From Eledone cirrhosa (taxonomy: Eukaryota): a DNA stretch of 64,000 nucleotides. The notes under the pieces are model-generated. The model was not told the origin of the DNA. It saw only the letters and a program-made list of their open reading frames with translations, and ran no database searches. Both the position numbers and the translations under genes were made by a program. Below, one piece after another: positions 11,701-27,100 of this stretch. The stretch is taken from assembly GCA_964016885.1 (NCBI GenBank), contig OZ024751.1, positions 45,942,001 through 46,006,000 on the forward strand, given 5' to 3'. The first letter of the stretch is position 1, and every line of letters starts with the position of its first letter.

Positions 11701-14145
11701 GAAAATACAACTAACTGTAGGGTGTGTATGGAGTCCTCTATGACAATACAACTAACTGTAGGCTGTGTATGGAGTCATCTATGACAATACACCTAACTGT
11801 AGGGTGTGTATGGAGTCCTCTATGGCAATACAACTAACTGTAGACTGTGTATGGAGTCCTCTATGACAATACACCTAACTGTAGGGTGTGTATGGAGTCC
11901 TCTATGGCAATACAACTAACTGTAGACTGTGTATGGAGTCCTCTATGACAATACACCTAACTGTAGGGTCTGTATGGAGTCCTCTATGGCAATACAACTA
12001 ACTGTAGACTGTGTATGGAGTCCTCTATGACAATACACCTAACTGTAGGGTGTGTATGGAGTCCTCTATGACAATACACCTAACTGTAGGGTGTGTATGG
12101 AGTCCTCTATGACAATACAACTAACTGTAGGGTGTGTATGGAGTCCTCTATGACAATACACCTAACTGTAGGCTGTGTATGGAGTCCTCTATGAAAATAC
12201 AACTAACTGTAGACTGTGTATGGAGTCCTCCATGACAATACAACTAACTGTAGGCTGTGTATGGAGTCCTCTATGACAATACAACTAACTGTAGACTGTG
12301 TATGGAGTCCTCTATGACAATACAAGTAACTGTAGGCTGTGTATGGAGTCCTCTATGACAATACAACTAACTGTAGGCTGTGTATGGAGTCCTCTATGAC
12401 AATACAACTAACTGTAGGCTGTGTATGGAGTCCTCTATGACAATACAACTAACTGTAGGCTGTGTATGGAGTGCTCTATGGCAATACAACTAACTGTAGG
12501 CTGTGTATTGAGTCCTCTATGACAATAGAACTAACTGTAGGGTGTGTATGGAGTCCTCTATGACAATACAACTAACTGTAGGCTGTGTATGGAGTCCTCT
12601 ATGACAATACAACTAACTGTAGGCTGTGTATGGAGTCCTCTATGACAATACAACTAACTGTAGGCTGTGTATGAAGTCCTCTATGACAATACAACAAACT
12701 GTAGGCTGTGTATGGAGTCCTCTATGACAATACAACTAACTGTAGGGTGTGTATGGAGTCCTCTATGACGATACAACTAACTGTAGGGTGTGTATGGAGT
12801 CCTCTATGACAATACAACTAACTGTAGGCTGTGTATGGAGTCCTCTATGACAATACAATTAACTGTAGGGTGTGTATGGAGTCCTCTATGACAATACAAC
12901 TAACTGTAGGGTGTGTATGGAGTCCTCTATGACAATACAACAAACTGTAGGCTGTGTATGGAGTTCTCTATGAAAACACAACTAACTGTAGGGTGTGTAT
13001 GGAGTCCTCTATGGCAATACAACTAACTGTAGGCTGTGTATTGAGTCCTCTATGACAATACAACTAACTGTAGGGTGTGTATGGAGTCCTCTATGACAAT
13101 ACAACTAACTGTAGGCTGTGTATGGAGTCCTCTATGACAATACACCTAACTGTAGGCTGTGTATGGAGTCCTCCATGACAATACAACTAACTGTAGGCTG
13201 TGTATGGAGTCCTCTATGGCAATACAACTAACTGTAGGCTGTGTATTGAGTCCTCTATGACGATAGAACTAACTGTAGGGTGTGTATGGAGTCCTCTATG
13301 ACAATACAACTAACTGTAGGCTGTGTATGGAGTCCTCTATGACAATACAACTAACTGTAGGGTGTGTATGGAGTCCTCTATGACAATACAACTAACTGTA
13401 GGGTGTGTATGGAGTCCTCTATGACAATACAACTAACTGTAGGGTGTGTATGGAGTCCTCTATGAAAATACAACTAACTGTAGGGTGTGTATGGAGTCCT
13501 CTATGACAATACAACTAACTGTAGGCTGTGTATGGAGTCCTCTATGACAATACAACTAACTGTAGGGTGTGTATGGAGTCCTCTATGACAATACAACTAA
13601 CTGTAGGGTGTGTATGGAGTCCTCTATGACAATACAACTAACTGTAGGGTGTGTATGGAGTCCTCTATGACAATACAACTAACTGTAGGGTGTGTATGGA
13701 GTCCTCTATGACAATACAACTAACTGTAGGCTGTGTATGGAGTCCTCTATGACAATACAACAAACTGTAGGCTGTGTATGGAGTCCTCTATGACAATACA
13801 ACTAACTGTAGGCTGTGTATGGAGTCCTCTATGACAATACAACTAACTGTAGGCTGTGTATGGAGTCCTCTATGAAAATACAACTAACTGTAGGGTGTGT
13901 ATGGAGTCCTCTATGACAATACAACTAACTGTAGGCTGTGTATGGAGTCATCTATGACAATACACCTAACTGTAGGCTGTGTATGGAGTCCTCCATGACA
14001 ATACAACTAACTGTAGGCTGTGTATGGAGTCCTCTATGACAATACAACTAACTGTAGGCTGTGTATGGAGTCCTCTATGACAATACAACTAACTGTAGGC
14101 TGTGTATGGAGTCCTCTATGACAATACAACTAACTGTAGGCTGTG

Positions 14146-17100
14146 TATGGAGTCCTCTATGACAATACAACTAACTGTAGGGTCTGTATGGAGTCCTCTA
14201 TGACAATACAACTAACTGTAGGGTCTGTATGGAGTCCTCTATGACAATACAACTAACTGTAGGGTCTGTATGGAGTCCTCTATGACAATACAACTAACTG
14301 TAGGCTGTGTATGGAGTCCTCTATGGCAATACAACTAACTGTAGGCTGTGTATGGAGTCCTCTATGAAAATACAACTAACTGTAGGGTGTGTATGGAGTC
14401 CTCTATGACAATACAACTAACTGTAGGGTGTGTATGGAGTCATCTATGACAATACACCTAACTGTAGGCTGTGTATGGAGTCCTCTATGACAATACAACT
14501 AACTGTAGGGTGTGTATGGAGTCCTCTATGACAATACAACTAACTGTAGGCTGTGTATGGAGTCCTCTATGAAAATACAACTAACTGTAGGGTGTGTATG
14601 GAGTCCTCTATGACAATACAACTAACTGTAGGCTGTGTATGGAGTCATCTATGACAATACACCTAACTGTAGGGTGTGTATGGAGTCCTCTATGGCAATA
14701 CAACTAACTGTAGACTGTGTATGGAGTCCTCTATGACAATACACCTAACTGTAGGGTGTGTATGGAGTCCTCTATGGCAATACAACTAACTGTAGACTGT
14801 GTATGGAGTCCTCTATGACAATACACCTAACTGTAGGGTGTGTATGGAGTCCTCTATGGCAATACAACTAACTGTAGACTGTGTATGGAGTCCTCTATGA
14901 CAATACACCTAACTGTAGGGTGTGTATGGAGTCCTCTATGACAATACACCTAACTGTAGGGTGTGTATGGAGTCCTCTATGACAATACAACTAACTGTAG
15001 GGTGTGTATGGAGTCCTCTATGACAATACACCTAACTGTAGGCTGTGTATGGAGTCCTCTATGAAAATACAACTAACTGTAGACTGTGTATGGAGTCCTC
15101 CATGACAATACAACTAACTGTAGGCTGTGTATGGAGTCCTCTATGACAATACAACTAACTGTAGACTGTGTATGGAGTCCTCTATGACAATACAAGTAAC
15201 TGTAGGCTGTGTATGGAGTCCTCTATGACAATACAACTAACTGTAGGCTGTGTATGGAGTCCTCTATGACAATACAACTAACTGTAGGCTGTGTATGGAG
15301 TCCTCTATGACAATACAACTAACTGTAGGCTGTGTATGGAGTCCTCTATGACAATACAACTAACTGTAGTCTGTGTGTGGAGTCCTCTATGACAATACAA
15401 CTAACTGTAGGGTCTGTATGGAGTCCTCTATGACAATACAACTAACTGTAGGGTGTGTATGGAGTCCTCTATGGCAATACAACTAACTGTAGGGTGTGTA
15501 TGGAGTCCTCTATGACAATACAACTAACTGTAGGCTGTGTATGGAGTCCTCTATGACAATACAAGTAACTGTAGGCTGTGTATGGAGTCCTCTATGACAA
15601 TACGACTAACTGTAGGGTGTGTATGGAGTCCTCTATGACAATACAACTAACTGTAGGGTGTGTATGGAGTCCTCTATGACAATACACCTAACTGTAGGCT
15701 GTGTATGGAGTCCTCCATGACAATACAACTAACTGTAGGCTGTGTATGGAGTCCTCTATGACAATACAACTAACTGTAGGCTGTGTATGGAGTCCTCCAT
15801 GACAATACAACTAACTGTAGGCTGTGTATGGAGTCCTCTATGACAATACAACTAACTGTAGGCTGTGTATGGAGTCCTCTATGACAATACACCTAACTGT
15901 AGGCTGTGTATGGAGTCCTCCATGACAATACAACTAACTGTAGGCTGTGTATGGAGTCCTCTATGACAATACAACTAACTGTAGGCTGTGTATGGAGTCC
16001 TCTATGACAATACAACTAACTGTAGGGTCTGTATGGAGTCCTCTATGACAATACAACTAACTGTAGGGTCTGTATGGAGTCCTCTATGACAATACAACTA
16101 ACTGTAGGGTCTGTATGGAGTCCTCTATGACAATACAACTAACTGTAGGCTGTGTATGGAGTCCTCTATGGCAATACAACTAACTGTAGGCTGTGTATGG
16201 AGTCCTCTATGAAAATACAACTAACTGTAGGGTGTGTATGGAGTCCTCTATGACAATACAACTAACTGTAGGGTGTGTATGGAGTCATCTATGACAATAC
16301 ACCTAACTGTAGGCTGTGTATGGAGTCCTCTATGACAATACAACTAACTGTAGGGTGTGTATGGAGTCCTCTATGACAATACAACTAACTGTAGGCTGTG
16401 TATGGAGTCCTCTATGAAAATACAACTAACTGTAGGGTGTGTATGGAGTCCTCTATGACAATACAACTAACTGTAGGCTGTGTATGGAGTCATCTATGAC
16501 AATACACCTAACTGTAGGGTGTGTATGGAGTCCTCTATGGCAATACAACTAACTGTAGACTGTGTATGGAGTCCTCTATGACAATACACCTAACTGTAGG
16601 GTGTGTATGGAGTCCTCTATGGCAATACAACTAACTGTAGACTGTGTATGGAGTCCTCTATGACAATACACCTAACTGTAGGGTGTGTATGGAGTCCTCT
16701 ATGGCAATACAACTAACTGTAGACTGTGTATGGAGTCCTCTATGACAATACACCTAACTGTAGGGTGTGTATGGAGTCCTCTATGACAATACACCTAACT
16801 GTAGGGTGTGTATGGAGTCCTCTATGACAATACAACTAACTGTAGGGTGTGTATGGAGTCCTCTATGACAATACACCTAACTGTAGGCTGTGTATGGAGT
16901 CCTCTATGAAAATACAACTAACTGTAGACTGTGTATGGAGTCCTCCATGACAATACAACTAACTGTAGGCTGTGTATGGAGTCCTCTATGACAATACAAC
17001 TAACTGTAGACTGTGTATGGAGTCCTCTATGACAATACAAGTAACTGTAGGCTGTGTATGGAGTCCTCTATGACAATACAACTAACTGTAGGCTGTGTAT

Positions 17101-17835
17101 GGAGTCCTCTATGACAATACAACTAACTGTAGGCTGTGTATGGAGTCCTCTATGACAATACAACTAACTGTAGGCTGTGTATGGAGTCCTCTATGACAAT
17201 ACAACTAACTGTAGTCTGTGTGTGGAGTCCTCTATGACAATACAACTAACTGTAGGGTCTGTATGGAGTCCTCTATGACAATACAACTAACTGTAGGGTG
17301 TGTATGGAGTCCTCTATGGCAATACAACTAACTGTAGGGTGTGTATGGAGTCCTCTATGACAATACAACTAACTGTAGGCTGTGTATGGAGTCCTCTATG
17401 ACAATACAAGTAACTGTAGGCTGTGTATGGAGTCCTCTATGACAATACGACTAACTGTAGGGTGTGTATGGAGTCCTCTATGACAATACAACTAACTGTA
17501 GGGTGTGTATGGAGTCCTCTATGACAATACACCTAACTGTAGGCTGTGTATGGAGTCCTCCATGACAATACAACTAACTGTAGGCTGTGTATGGAGTCCT
17601 CTATGACAATACAACTAACTGTAGGCTGTGTATGGAGTCCTCCATGACAATACAACTAACTGTAGGCTGTGTATGGAGTCCTCTATGACAATACAACTAA
17701 CTGTAGGCTGTGTATGGAGTCCTCTATGACAATACACCTAACTGTAGGCTGTGTATGGAGTCCTCCATGACAATACAACTAACTGTAGGCTGTGTATGGA
17801 GTCCTCTATGACAATACAACTAACTGTAGGCTGTG
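14146..17835. repeat. Tandem duplication of 45 units (1,845 bp): 14146-15990 and 15991-17835
   Basis: A run of three GGGTCT units starts at 14146/15991, a GTCATCT unit is at 14433/16278 and a TGTGGAG unit at 15376/17221, all offset by 1,845 bp. Confidence 0.85.
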
Positions 17836-20800
17836 TATGGAGTCCTCTATGACAATACAACTAACTGTAGGCTGTGTATGGAGTCCTCTATGACAATACA
17901 ACTAACTGTAGGCTGTGTATGGAGTCCTCTATGACAATACAACTAACTGTAGGGTCTGTATGGAGTCCTCTATGACAATACAACTAACTGTAGGGTCTGT
18001 ATGGAGTCCTCTATGACAATACAACTAACTGTAGGCTGTGTATGGAGTCCTCTATGGCAATACAACTAACTGTAGGCTGTGTATTGAGTCCTCTATGACG
18101 ATAGAACTAACTGTAGGGTGTGTATGGTGTCCTCTATGACAATACAACTAACTGTAGGCTGTGTATGGAGTCCTCTATGACAATACAACTAACTGTAGGC
18201 TGTGTATGGAGTCCTCTATGACAATACAACTAACTGTAGGCTGTGTATGGAGTCCTCTATGACAATACAACAAACTGTAGGCTGTGTATGGAGTCCTCTA
18301 TGACAATACAACTAACTGTAGGGTGTGTAGGGAGTCCTCTATGACGATACAACTAACTGTAGGGTGTGTATGGAGTCCTCTATGACAATACAACTAACTG
18401 TAGGCTGTGTATGGAGTCCTCTATGACAATACAATTAACTGTAGGGTGTGTATGGAGTCCTCTATGACAATACAACTAACTGTAGGGTGTGTATGGAGTC
18501 CTCTATGACAATACAACAAACTGTAGGCTGTGTATGGAGTTCTCTATGAAAACACATCTAACTGTAGGGTGTGTATGGAGTCCTCTATGGCAACACAACT
18601 AACTGTAGGCTGTGTATTGAGTCCTCTATGACAATACAACTAACTGTAGGGTGTGTATGGAGTCGTCTATGACAATACAACAAACTGTAGGCTGTGTATG
18701 GAGTCCTCTATGAAAATACAACTAACTGTAGGGTGTGTATGGAGTCCTCTATGACAATACAACTAACTGTAGGGTGTGTATGGAGTCCTCTATGACAATA
18801 CAACTAACTGTAGGGTCTGTATGGAGTCCTCTATGACAATACAACTAACTGTAGGGTGTGTATGGAGTCCTCTATGACAATACAACTAACTGTAGGCTGT
18901 GTATGGAGTCCTCTATGACAATACAACTAACTGTAGGGTGTGTATGGAGTCCTCTATGACAATACAACTAACTGTAGGGTGTGTATGGAGTCCTCTATGA
19001 CAATACAACTAACTGTAGGGTGTGTATGGAGTCCTCTATGAAAATACAACTAACTGTAGGGTGTGTATGGAGTCCTCTATGACAATACAACTAACTGTAG
19101 GCTGTGTATGGAGTCCTCTATGACAATACAACTAACTGTAGGGTGTGTATGGAGTCCTCTATGACAATACAACTAACTGTAGGGTGTGTATGGAGTCCTC
19201 TATGACAATACAACTAACTGTAGGGTGTGTATGGAGTCCTCTATGACAATACAACTAACTGTAGGGTGTGTATGGAGTCCTCTATGACAATACAACTAAC
19301 TGTAGGCTGTGTATGGAGTCCTCTATGACAATACAACTAACTGTAGGCTGTGTATGGAGTCCTCTATGACAATACAACTAACTGTAGGGTGTGTATGGAG
19401 TCCTCTATGACAATACAACTAACTGTAGGGTGTGTATGGAGTCCTCTATGACAATACAACTAACTGTAGGGTGTGTATGGAGTCCTCTATGACAATACAA
19501 CTAACTGTAGGGTGTGTATGGAGTCCTCTATGACAATACAACTAACTGTAGGCTGTGTATGGAGTCCTCTATGACAATACAACAAACTGTAGGCTGTGTA
19601 TGGAGTCCTCTATGACAATACAACTAACTGTAGGCTGTGTATGGAGTCCTCTATGACACTACAACTAACTGTAGGCTGTGTATGGAGTCCTCTATGAAAA
19701 TACAACTAACTGTAGGGTGTGTATGGAGTCCTCTATGACAATACAACTAACTGTAGGCTGTGTATGGAGTCCTCTATGACAATACAACTAACTGTAGACT
19801 GTGTATGGAGTCCTCTATGGCAATACAACTAACTGTAGGCTGTCTATGGAGTCCTCTATGACGATACAACTAACTGTAGGCTGTGTATGGAGTCCTCTAT
19901 GACAATACAACAAACTGTAGACTGTGTATGGAGTCCTCTATGACGATACAACTAACAGTAGGCTGTGTATGGAGTCCTCTATGACAATACAACAAACTGT
20001 AGGCTGTGTATGGAGTCCTCTATGACGATACAACTAACTGTAGGCTGTGTATGGAGTCCTCTATGACAATACAACTAACTGTACGCTGTGTATGGAGTCC
20101 TCTATGAAAATACAACTAACTGTAGGGTGTGTATGGAGTCCTCTATGACAATACAACTAACTGTAGGGTGTGTATGGAGTCCTCTATGAAAATACAACTA
20201 ACTGTAGGGTGTGTATGGAGTCCTCTATGACAATACAACTAACTGTAGGCTGTGTATGGAGTCATCTATGACAATACACCTAACTGTAGGGTGTGTATGG
20301 AGTCCTCTATGGCAATACAACTAACTGTAGACTGTGTATGGAGTCCTCTATGACAATACACCTAACTGTAGGGTGTGTATGGAGTCCTCTATGGCAATAC
20401 AACTAACTGTAGACTGTGTATGGAGTCCTCTATGACAATACACCTAACTGTAGGGTGTGTATGGAGTCCTCTATGGCAATACAACTAACTGTAGACTGTG
20501 TATGGAGTCCTCTATGACAATACACCTAACTGTAGGGTGTGTATGGAGTCCTCTATGACAATACACCTAACTGTAGGGTGTGTATGGAGTCCTCTATGAC
20601 AATACAACTAACTGTAGGGTGTGTATGGAGTCCTCTATGACAATACACCTAACTGTAGGCTGTGTATGGAGTCCTCTATGAAAATACAACTAACTGTAGA
20701 CTGTGTATGGAGTCCTCCATGACAATACAACTAACTGTAGGCTGTGTATGGAGTCCTCTATGACAATACAACTAACTGTAGACTGTGTATGGAGTCCTCT

Positions 20801-21156
20801 ATGACAATACAAGTAACTGTAGGCTTTGTATGGAGTCCTCTATGACAATACAACTAACTGTAGGCTGTGTATGGAGTCCTCTATGACAATACAACTAACT
20901 GTAGGCTGTGTATGGAGTCCTCTATGACAATACAACTAACTGTAGGCTGTGTATGGAGTCCTCTATGACAATACAACTAACTGTAGTCTGTGTGTGGAGT
21001 CCTCTATGACAATACAACTAACTGTAGGGTCTGTATGGAGTCCTCTATGACAATACAACTAACTGTAGGGTGTGTATGGAGTCCTCTATGGCAATACAAC
21101 TAACTGTAGGGTGTGTATGGAGTCCTCTATGACAATACAACTAACTGTAGGCTGTG

Positions 21157-24100
21157 TATGGAGTCCTCTATGACAATACAAGTAACTGTAGGCTGTGTAT
21201 GGAGTCCTCTATGACAATACGACTAACTGTAGGGTGTGTATGGAGTCCTCTATGACAATACAACTAACTGTAGGGTGTGTATGGAGTCCTCTATGACAAT
21301 ACACCTAACTGTAGGCTGTGTATGGAGTCCTCCATGACAATACAACTAACTGTAGGCTGTGTATGGAGTCCTCTATGACAATACAACTAACTGTAGGCTG
21401 TGTATGGAGTCCTCCATGACAATACAACTAACTGTAGGCTGTGTATGGAGTCCTCTATGACAATACAACTAACTGTAGGCTGTGTATGGAGTCCTCTATG
21501 ACAATACACCTAACTGTAGGCTGTGTATGGAGTCCTCCATGACAATACAACTAACTGTAGGCTGTGTATGGAGTCCTCTATGACAATACAACTAACTGTA
21601 GGCTGTGTATGGAGTCCTCTATGACAATACAACTAACTGTAGGCTGTGTATGGAGTCCTCTATGACAATACAACTAACTGTAGGCTGTGTATGGAGTCCT
21701 CTATGACAATACAACTAACTGTAGGGTCTGTATGGAGTCCTCTATGACAATACAACTAACTGTAGGGTCTGTATGGAGTCCTCTATGACAATACAACTAA
21801 CTGTAGGCTGTGTATGGAGTCCTCTATGGCAATACAACTAACTGTAGGCTGTGTATTGAGTCCTCTATGACGATAGAACTAACTGTAGGGTGTGTATGGT
21901 GTCCTCTATGACAATACAACTAACTGTAGGCTGTGTATGGAGTCCTCTATGACAATACAACTAACTGTAGGCTGTGTATGGAGTCCTCTATGACAATACA
22001 ACTAACTGTAGGCTGTGTATGGAGTCCTCTATGACAATACAACAAACTGTAGGCTGTGTATGGAGTCCTCTATGACAATACAACTAACTGTAGGGTGTGT
22101 AGGGAGTCCTCTATGACGATACAACTAACTGTAGGGTGTGTATGGAGTCCTCTATGACAATACAACTAACTGTAGGCTGTGTATGGAGTCCTCTATGACA
22201 ATACAATTAACTGTAGGGTGTGTATGGAGTCCTCTATGACAATACAACTAACTGTAGGGTGTGTATGGAGTCCTCTATGACAATACAACAAACTGTAGGC
22301 TGTGTATGGAGTTCTCTATGAAAACACATCTAACTGTAGGGTGTGTATGGAGTCCTCTATGGCAATACAACTAACTGTAGGCTGTGTATTGAGTCCTCTA
22401 TGACAATACAACTAACTGTAGGGTGTGTATGGAGTCGTCTATGACAATACAACAAACTGTAGGCTGTGTATGGAGTCCTCTATGAAAATACAACTAACTG
22501 TAGGGTGTGTATGGAGTCCTCTATGACAATACAACTAACTGTAGGGTGTGTATGGAGTCCTCTATGACAATACAACTAACTGTAGGGTCTGTATGGAGTC
22601 CTCTATGACAATACAACTAACTGTAGGGTGTGTATGGAGTCCTCTATGACAATACAACTAACTGTAGGCTGTGTATGGAGTCCTCTATGACAATACAACT
22701 AACTGTAGGGTGTGTATGGAGTCCTCTATGACAATACAACTAACTGTAGGGTGTGTATGGAGTCCTCTATGACAATACAACTAACTGTAGGGTGTGTATG
22801 GAGTCCTCTATGAAAATACAACTAACTGTAGGGTGTGTATGGAGTCCTCTATGACAATACAACTAACTGTAGGCTGTGTATGGAGTCCTCTATGACAATA
22901 CAACTAACTGTAGGGTGTGTATGGAGTCCTCTATGACAATACAACTAACTGTAGGGTGTGTATGGAGTCCTCTATGACAATACAACTAACTGTAGGGTGT
23001 GTATGGAGTCCTCTATGACAATACAACTAACTGTAGGGTGTGTATGGAGTCCTCTATGACAATACAACTAACTGTAGGCTGTGTATGGAGTCCTCTATGA
23101 CAATACAACAAACTGTAGGCTGTGTATGGAGTCCTCTATGACAATACAACTAACTGTAGGCTGTGTATGGAGTCCTCTATGACAATACAACTAACTGTAG
23201 GCTGTGTATGGAGTCCTCTATGAAAATACAACTAACTGTAGGGTGTGTATGGAGTCCTCTATGACAATACAACTAACTGTAGGCTGTGTATGGAGTCCTC
23301 TATGACAATACAACTAACTGTAGACTGTGTATGGAGTCCTCTATGGCAATACAACTAACTGTAGGCTGTGTATGGAGTCCTCTATGACAATACAACTAAC
23401 TGTAGACTGTGTATGGAGTCCTCTATGACAATACAACTAACTGTAGACTGTGTATGGAGTCCTCTATGGCAATACAACTAACTGTAGGCTGTGTATGGAG
23501 TCCTCTATGACAATACAACAAACTGTAGGCTGTGTATGGAGTCCTCTATGACAATACAACTAACTGTAGGGTCTGTATGGAGTCCTCTATGACAATACAA
23601 CAAACTGTAGGCTGTGTATGGAGTCCTCTATGACAATACAACTAACTGTAGGGTGTGTATGGAGTCCTCTATAACAATACAACTAACTGTAGGGTGTGTA
23701 TGGAGTCCTCTATGACAATACAACTAACTGTAGGCTGTGTATGGAGTCCTCTATGACAATACAACTAACTGTAGACTGTGTATGGAGTCCTCTATGGCAA
23801 TACAACTAACTGTAGGCTGTGTATGGAGTCCTCTATGACAATACAACTAACTGTAGGCTGTGTATGGAGTCCTCTATGACAATACACCTAACTGTAGGCT
23901 GTGTATGGAGTCCTCCATGACAATACAACTAACTGTAGGCTGTGTATGGAGTCCTCTATGACAATACAACTAACTGTAGGCTGTGTATGGAGTCCTCTAT
24001 GACAATACAACTAACTGTAGGCTGTGTATGGAGTCCTCTATGACAATACAACTAACTGTAGGCTGTGTATGGAGTCCTCTATGACAATACAACTAACTGT

Positions 24101-27100
24101 AGGGTCTGTATGGAGTCCTCTATGACAATACAACTAACTGTAGGGTCTGTATGGAGTCCTCTATGACAATACAACTAACTGTAGGCTGTGTATGGAGTCC
24201 TCTATGGCAATACAACTAACTGTAGGCTGTGTATTGAGTCCTCTATGACGATAGAACTAACTGTAGGGTGTGTATGGTGTCCTCTATGACAATACAACTA
24301 ACTGTAGGCTGTGTATGGAGTCCTCTATGACAATACAACTAACTGTAGGCTGTGTATGGAGTCATCTATGACAATACAACTAACTGTAGGCTGTGTATGG
24401 AGTCCTCTATGACAATACAACAAACTGTAGGCTGTGTATGGAGTCCTCTATGACAATACAACTAACTGTAGGGTGTGTAGGGAGTCCTCTATGACGATAC
24501 AACTAACTGTAGGGTGTGTATGGAGTCCTCTATGACAATACAACTAACTGTAGGCTGTGTATGGAGTCCTCTATGACAATACAATTAACTGTAGGGTGTG
24601 TATGGAGTCCTCTATGACAATACAACTAACTGTAGGCTGTGTATGGAGTCCTCTATGACAATACAACAAACTGTAGGCTGTGTATGGAGTTCTCTATGAA
24701 AACACAACTAACTGTAGGGTGTGTATGGAGTCCTCTATGGCAATACAACTAACTGTAGGCTGTGTATTGAGTCCTCTATGACAATACAACTAACTGTAGG
24801 GTGTGTATGGAGTCCTCTATGACAATACAACAAACTGTAGGCTGTGTATGGAGTCCTCTATGAAAATACAACTAACTGTAGGGTGTGTATGGAGTCCTCT
24901 ATGACAATACAACTAACTGTAGGGTGTGTATGGAGTCCTCTATGACAATACAACTAACTGTAGGGTCTGTATGGAGTCCTCTATGACAATACAACTAACT
25001 GCAGGCTGTGTATGGAGTCCTCTATGACAATACAACTAACTGTAGGGTCTGTATGGAGTCCTCTATGACAATACAACTAACTGTAGGGTGTGTATGGAGT
25101 CCTCTATGACAATACAACTAACTGTAGGGTGTGTATGGAGTCCTCTATGAAAATACAACTAACTGTAGGGTGTGTATGGAGTCCTCTATGACAATACAAC
25201 TAACTGTAGGCTGTGTATGGAGTCCTCTATGACAATACAACTAACTGTAGGGTGTGTATGGAGTCCTCTATGACAATACAACTAACTGTAGGGTGTGTAT
25301 GGAGTCCTCTATGACAATACAACTAACTGTAGGGTGTGTATGGAGTCCTCTATGACAATACAACTAACTGTAGGGTGTGTATGGAGTCCTCTATGACAAT
25401 ACAACTAACTGTAGGCTGTGTATGGAGTCCTCTATGACAATACAACAAACTGTAGGCTGTGTATGGAGTCCTCTATGACAATACAACTAACTGTAGGCTG
25501 TGTATGGAGTCCTCTATGACAATACAACTAACTGTAGGCTGTGTATGGAGTCCTCTATGAAAATACAACTAACTGTAGGTTGTGTATGGAGTCCTCTATG
25601 ACAATACAACTAACTGTAGGCTGTGTATGGAGTCCTCTATGACAATACAACTAACTGTAGACTGTGTATGGAGTCCTCTATGGCAATACAACTAACTGTA
25701 GGCTGTGTATGGAGTCCTCTATGACAATACAACTAACTGTAGACTGTGTATGGAGTCCTCTATGACAATACAACTAACTGTAGACTGTGTATGGAGTCCT
25801 CTATGGCAATACAACTAACTGTAGGCTGTGTATGGAGTCCTCTATGACAATACAACAAACTGTAGGCTGTGTATGGAGTCCTCTATGACAATACAACTAA
25901 CTGTAGGGTCTGTATGGAGTCCTCTATGACAATACAACAAACTGTAGGCTGTGTATGGAGTCCTCTATGACAATACAACTAACTGTAGGGTGTGTATGGA
26001 GTCCTCTATAACAATACAACTAACTGTAGGGTGTGTATGGAGTCCTCTATGGCAATACAACTAACTGTAGGCTGTGTATGGAGTCCTCTATGACAATACA
26101 ACTAATTGTAGACTGTGTATGGAGTCCTCTATGACAATACAACTAACTGTAGGGTGTGTATGGAGTCCTCTATGACAATACAACTAACTGTAGGGTGTGT
26201 ATGGAGTCCTCTATGACAATACAACTAACTGTAGACTGTGTATGGAGTCCTCTATGGCAATACAACTAACTGTAGGCTGTGTATGGAGTCCTCTATGACA
26301 ATACACCTAACTGTAGGCTGTGTATGGAGTCCTCTATGACAATACAACTAACTGTAGGCTGTGTATGGAGTCCTCTATGACAATACAACTAACTGTAGGG
26401 TGTGTATGGAGTCCTCTATGACAATACAACTAACTGTAGGGTGTGTATGGAGTCCTCTATGACAATACAACTAACTGTAGAGTGTGTATGGAGTCCTCTA
26501 TGAAAATATAAGTAACTGTAGGGTCTGTATGAAGTCCTCTATGACAATACAACTAACTGTAGGGTGTGTATGGAGTCCTGTATGACAATACAACTAACTG
26601 TAGGCTGTGTATGGAGTCCTCTATGAAAATACAACTACCTGTAGGGTCTGTATGGAGTCCTCTATGACAATACACCTAACTGTAGGCTGTGTATGGAGTC
26701 CTCTATGACAATACAACTAACTGTAGACTGTGTATGGAGTCCTCTATGGCAATACAACTAACTGTAGGCTGTGTATGGAGTCCTCTATGACAATACAACT
26801 AACTGTAGGGTGTGTATGGAGTCCTCTATGACAATACACCTAACTGTAGGCTGTGTATGGAGTCCTCTATGAAAATACAACTAACTGTAGACTGTGTATG
26901 GAGTCCTCCATGACAATACAACTAACTGTAGGCTGTGTATGGAGTCCTCTATGACAATACAACTAACTGTAGACTGTGTATGGAGTCCTCTATGACAATA
27001 CAAGTAACTGTAGGCTGTGTATGGAGTCCTCTATGACAATACAACTAACTGTAGGGTGTGTATGGAGTCCTCTATGACAATACAACTAACTGTAGGGTGT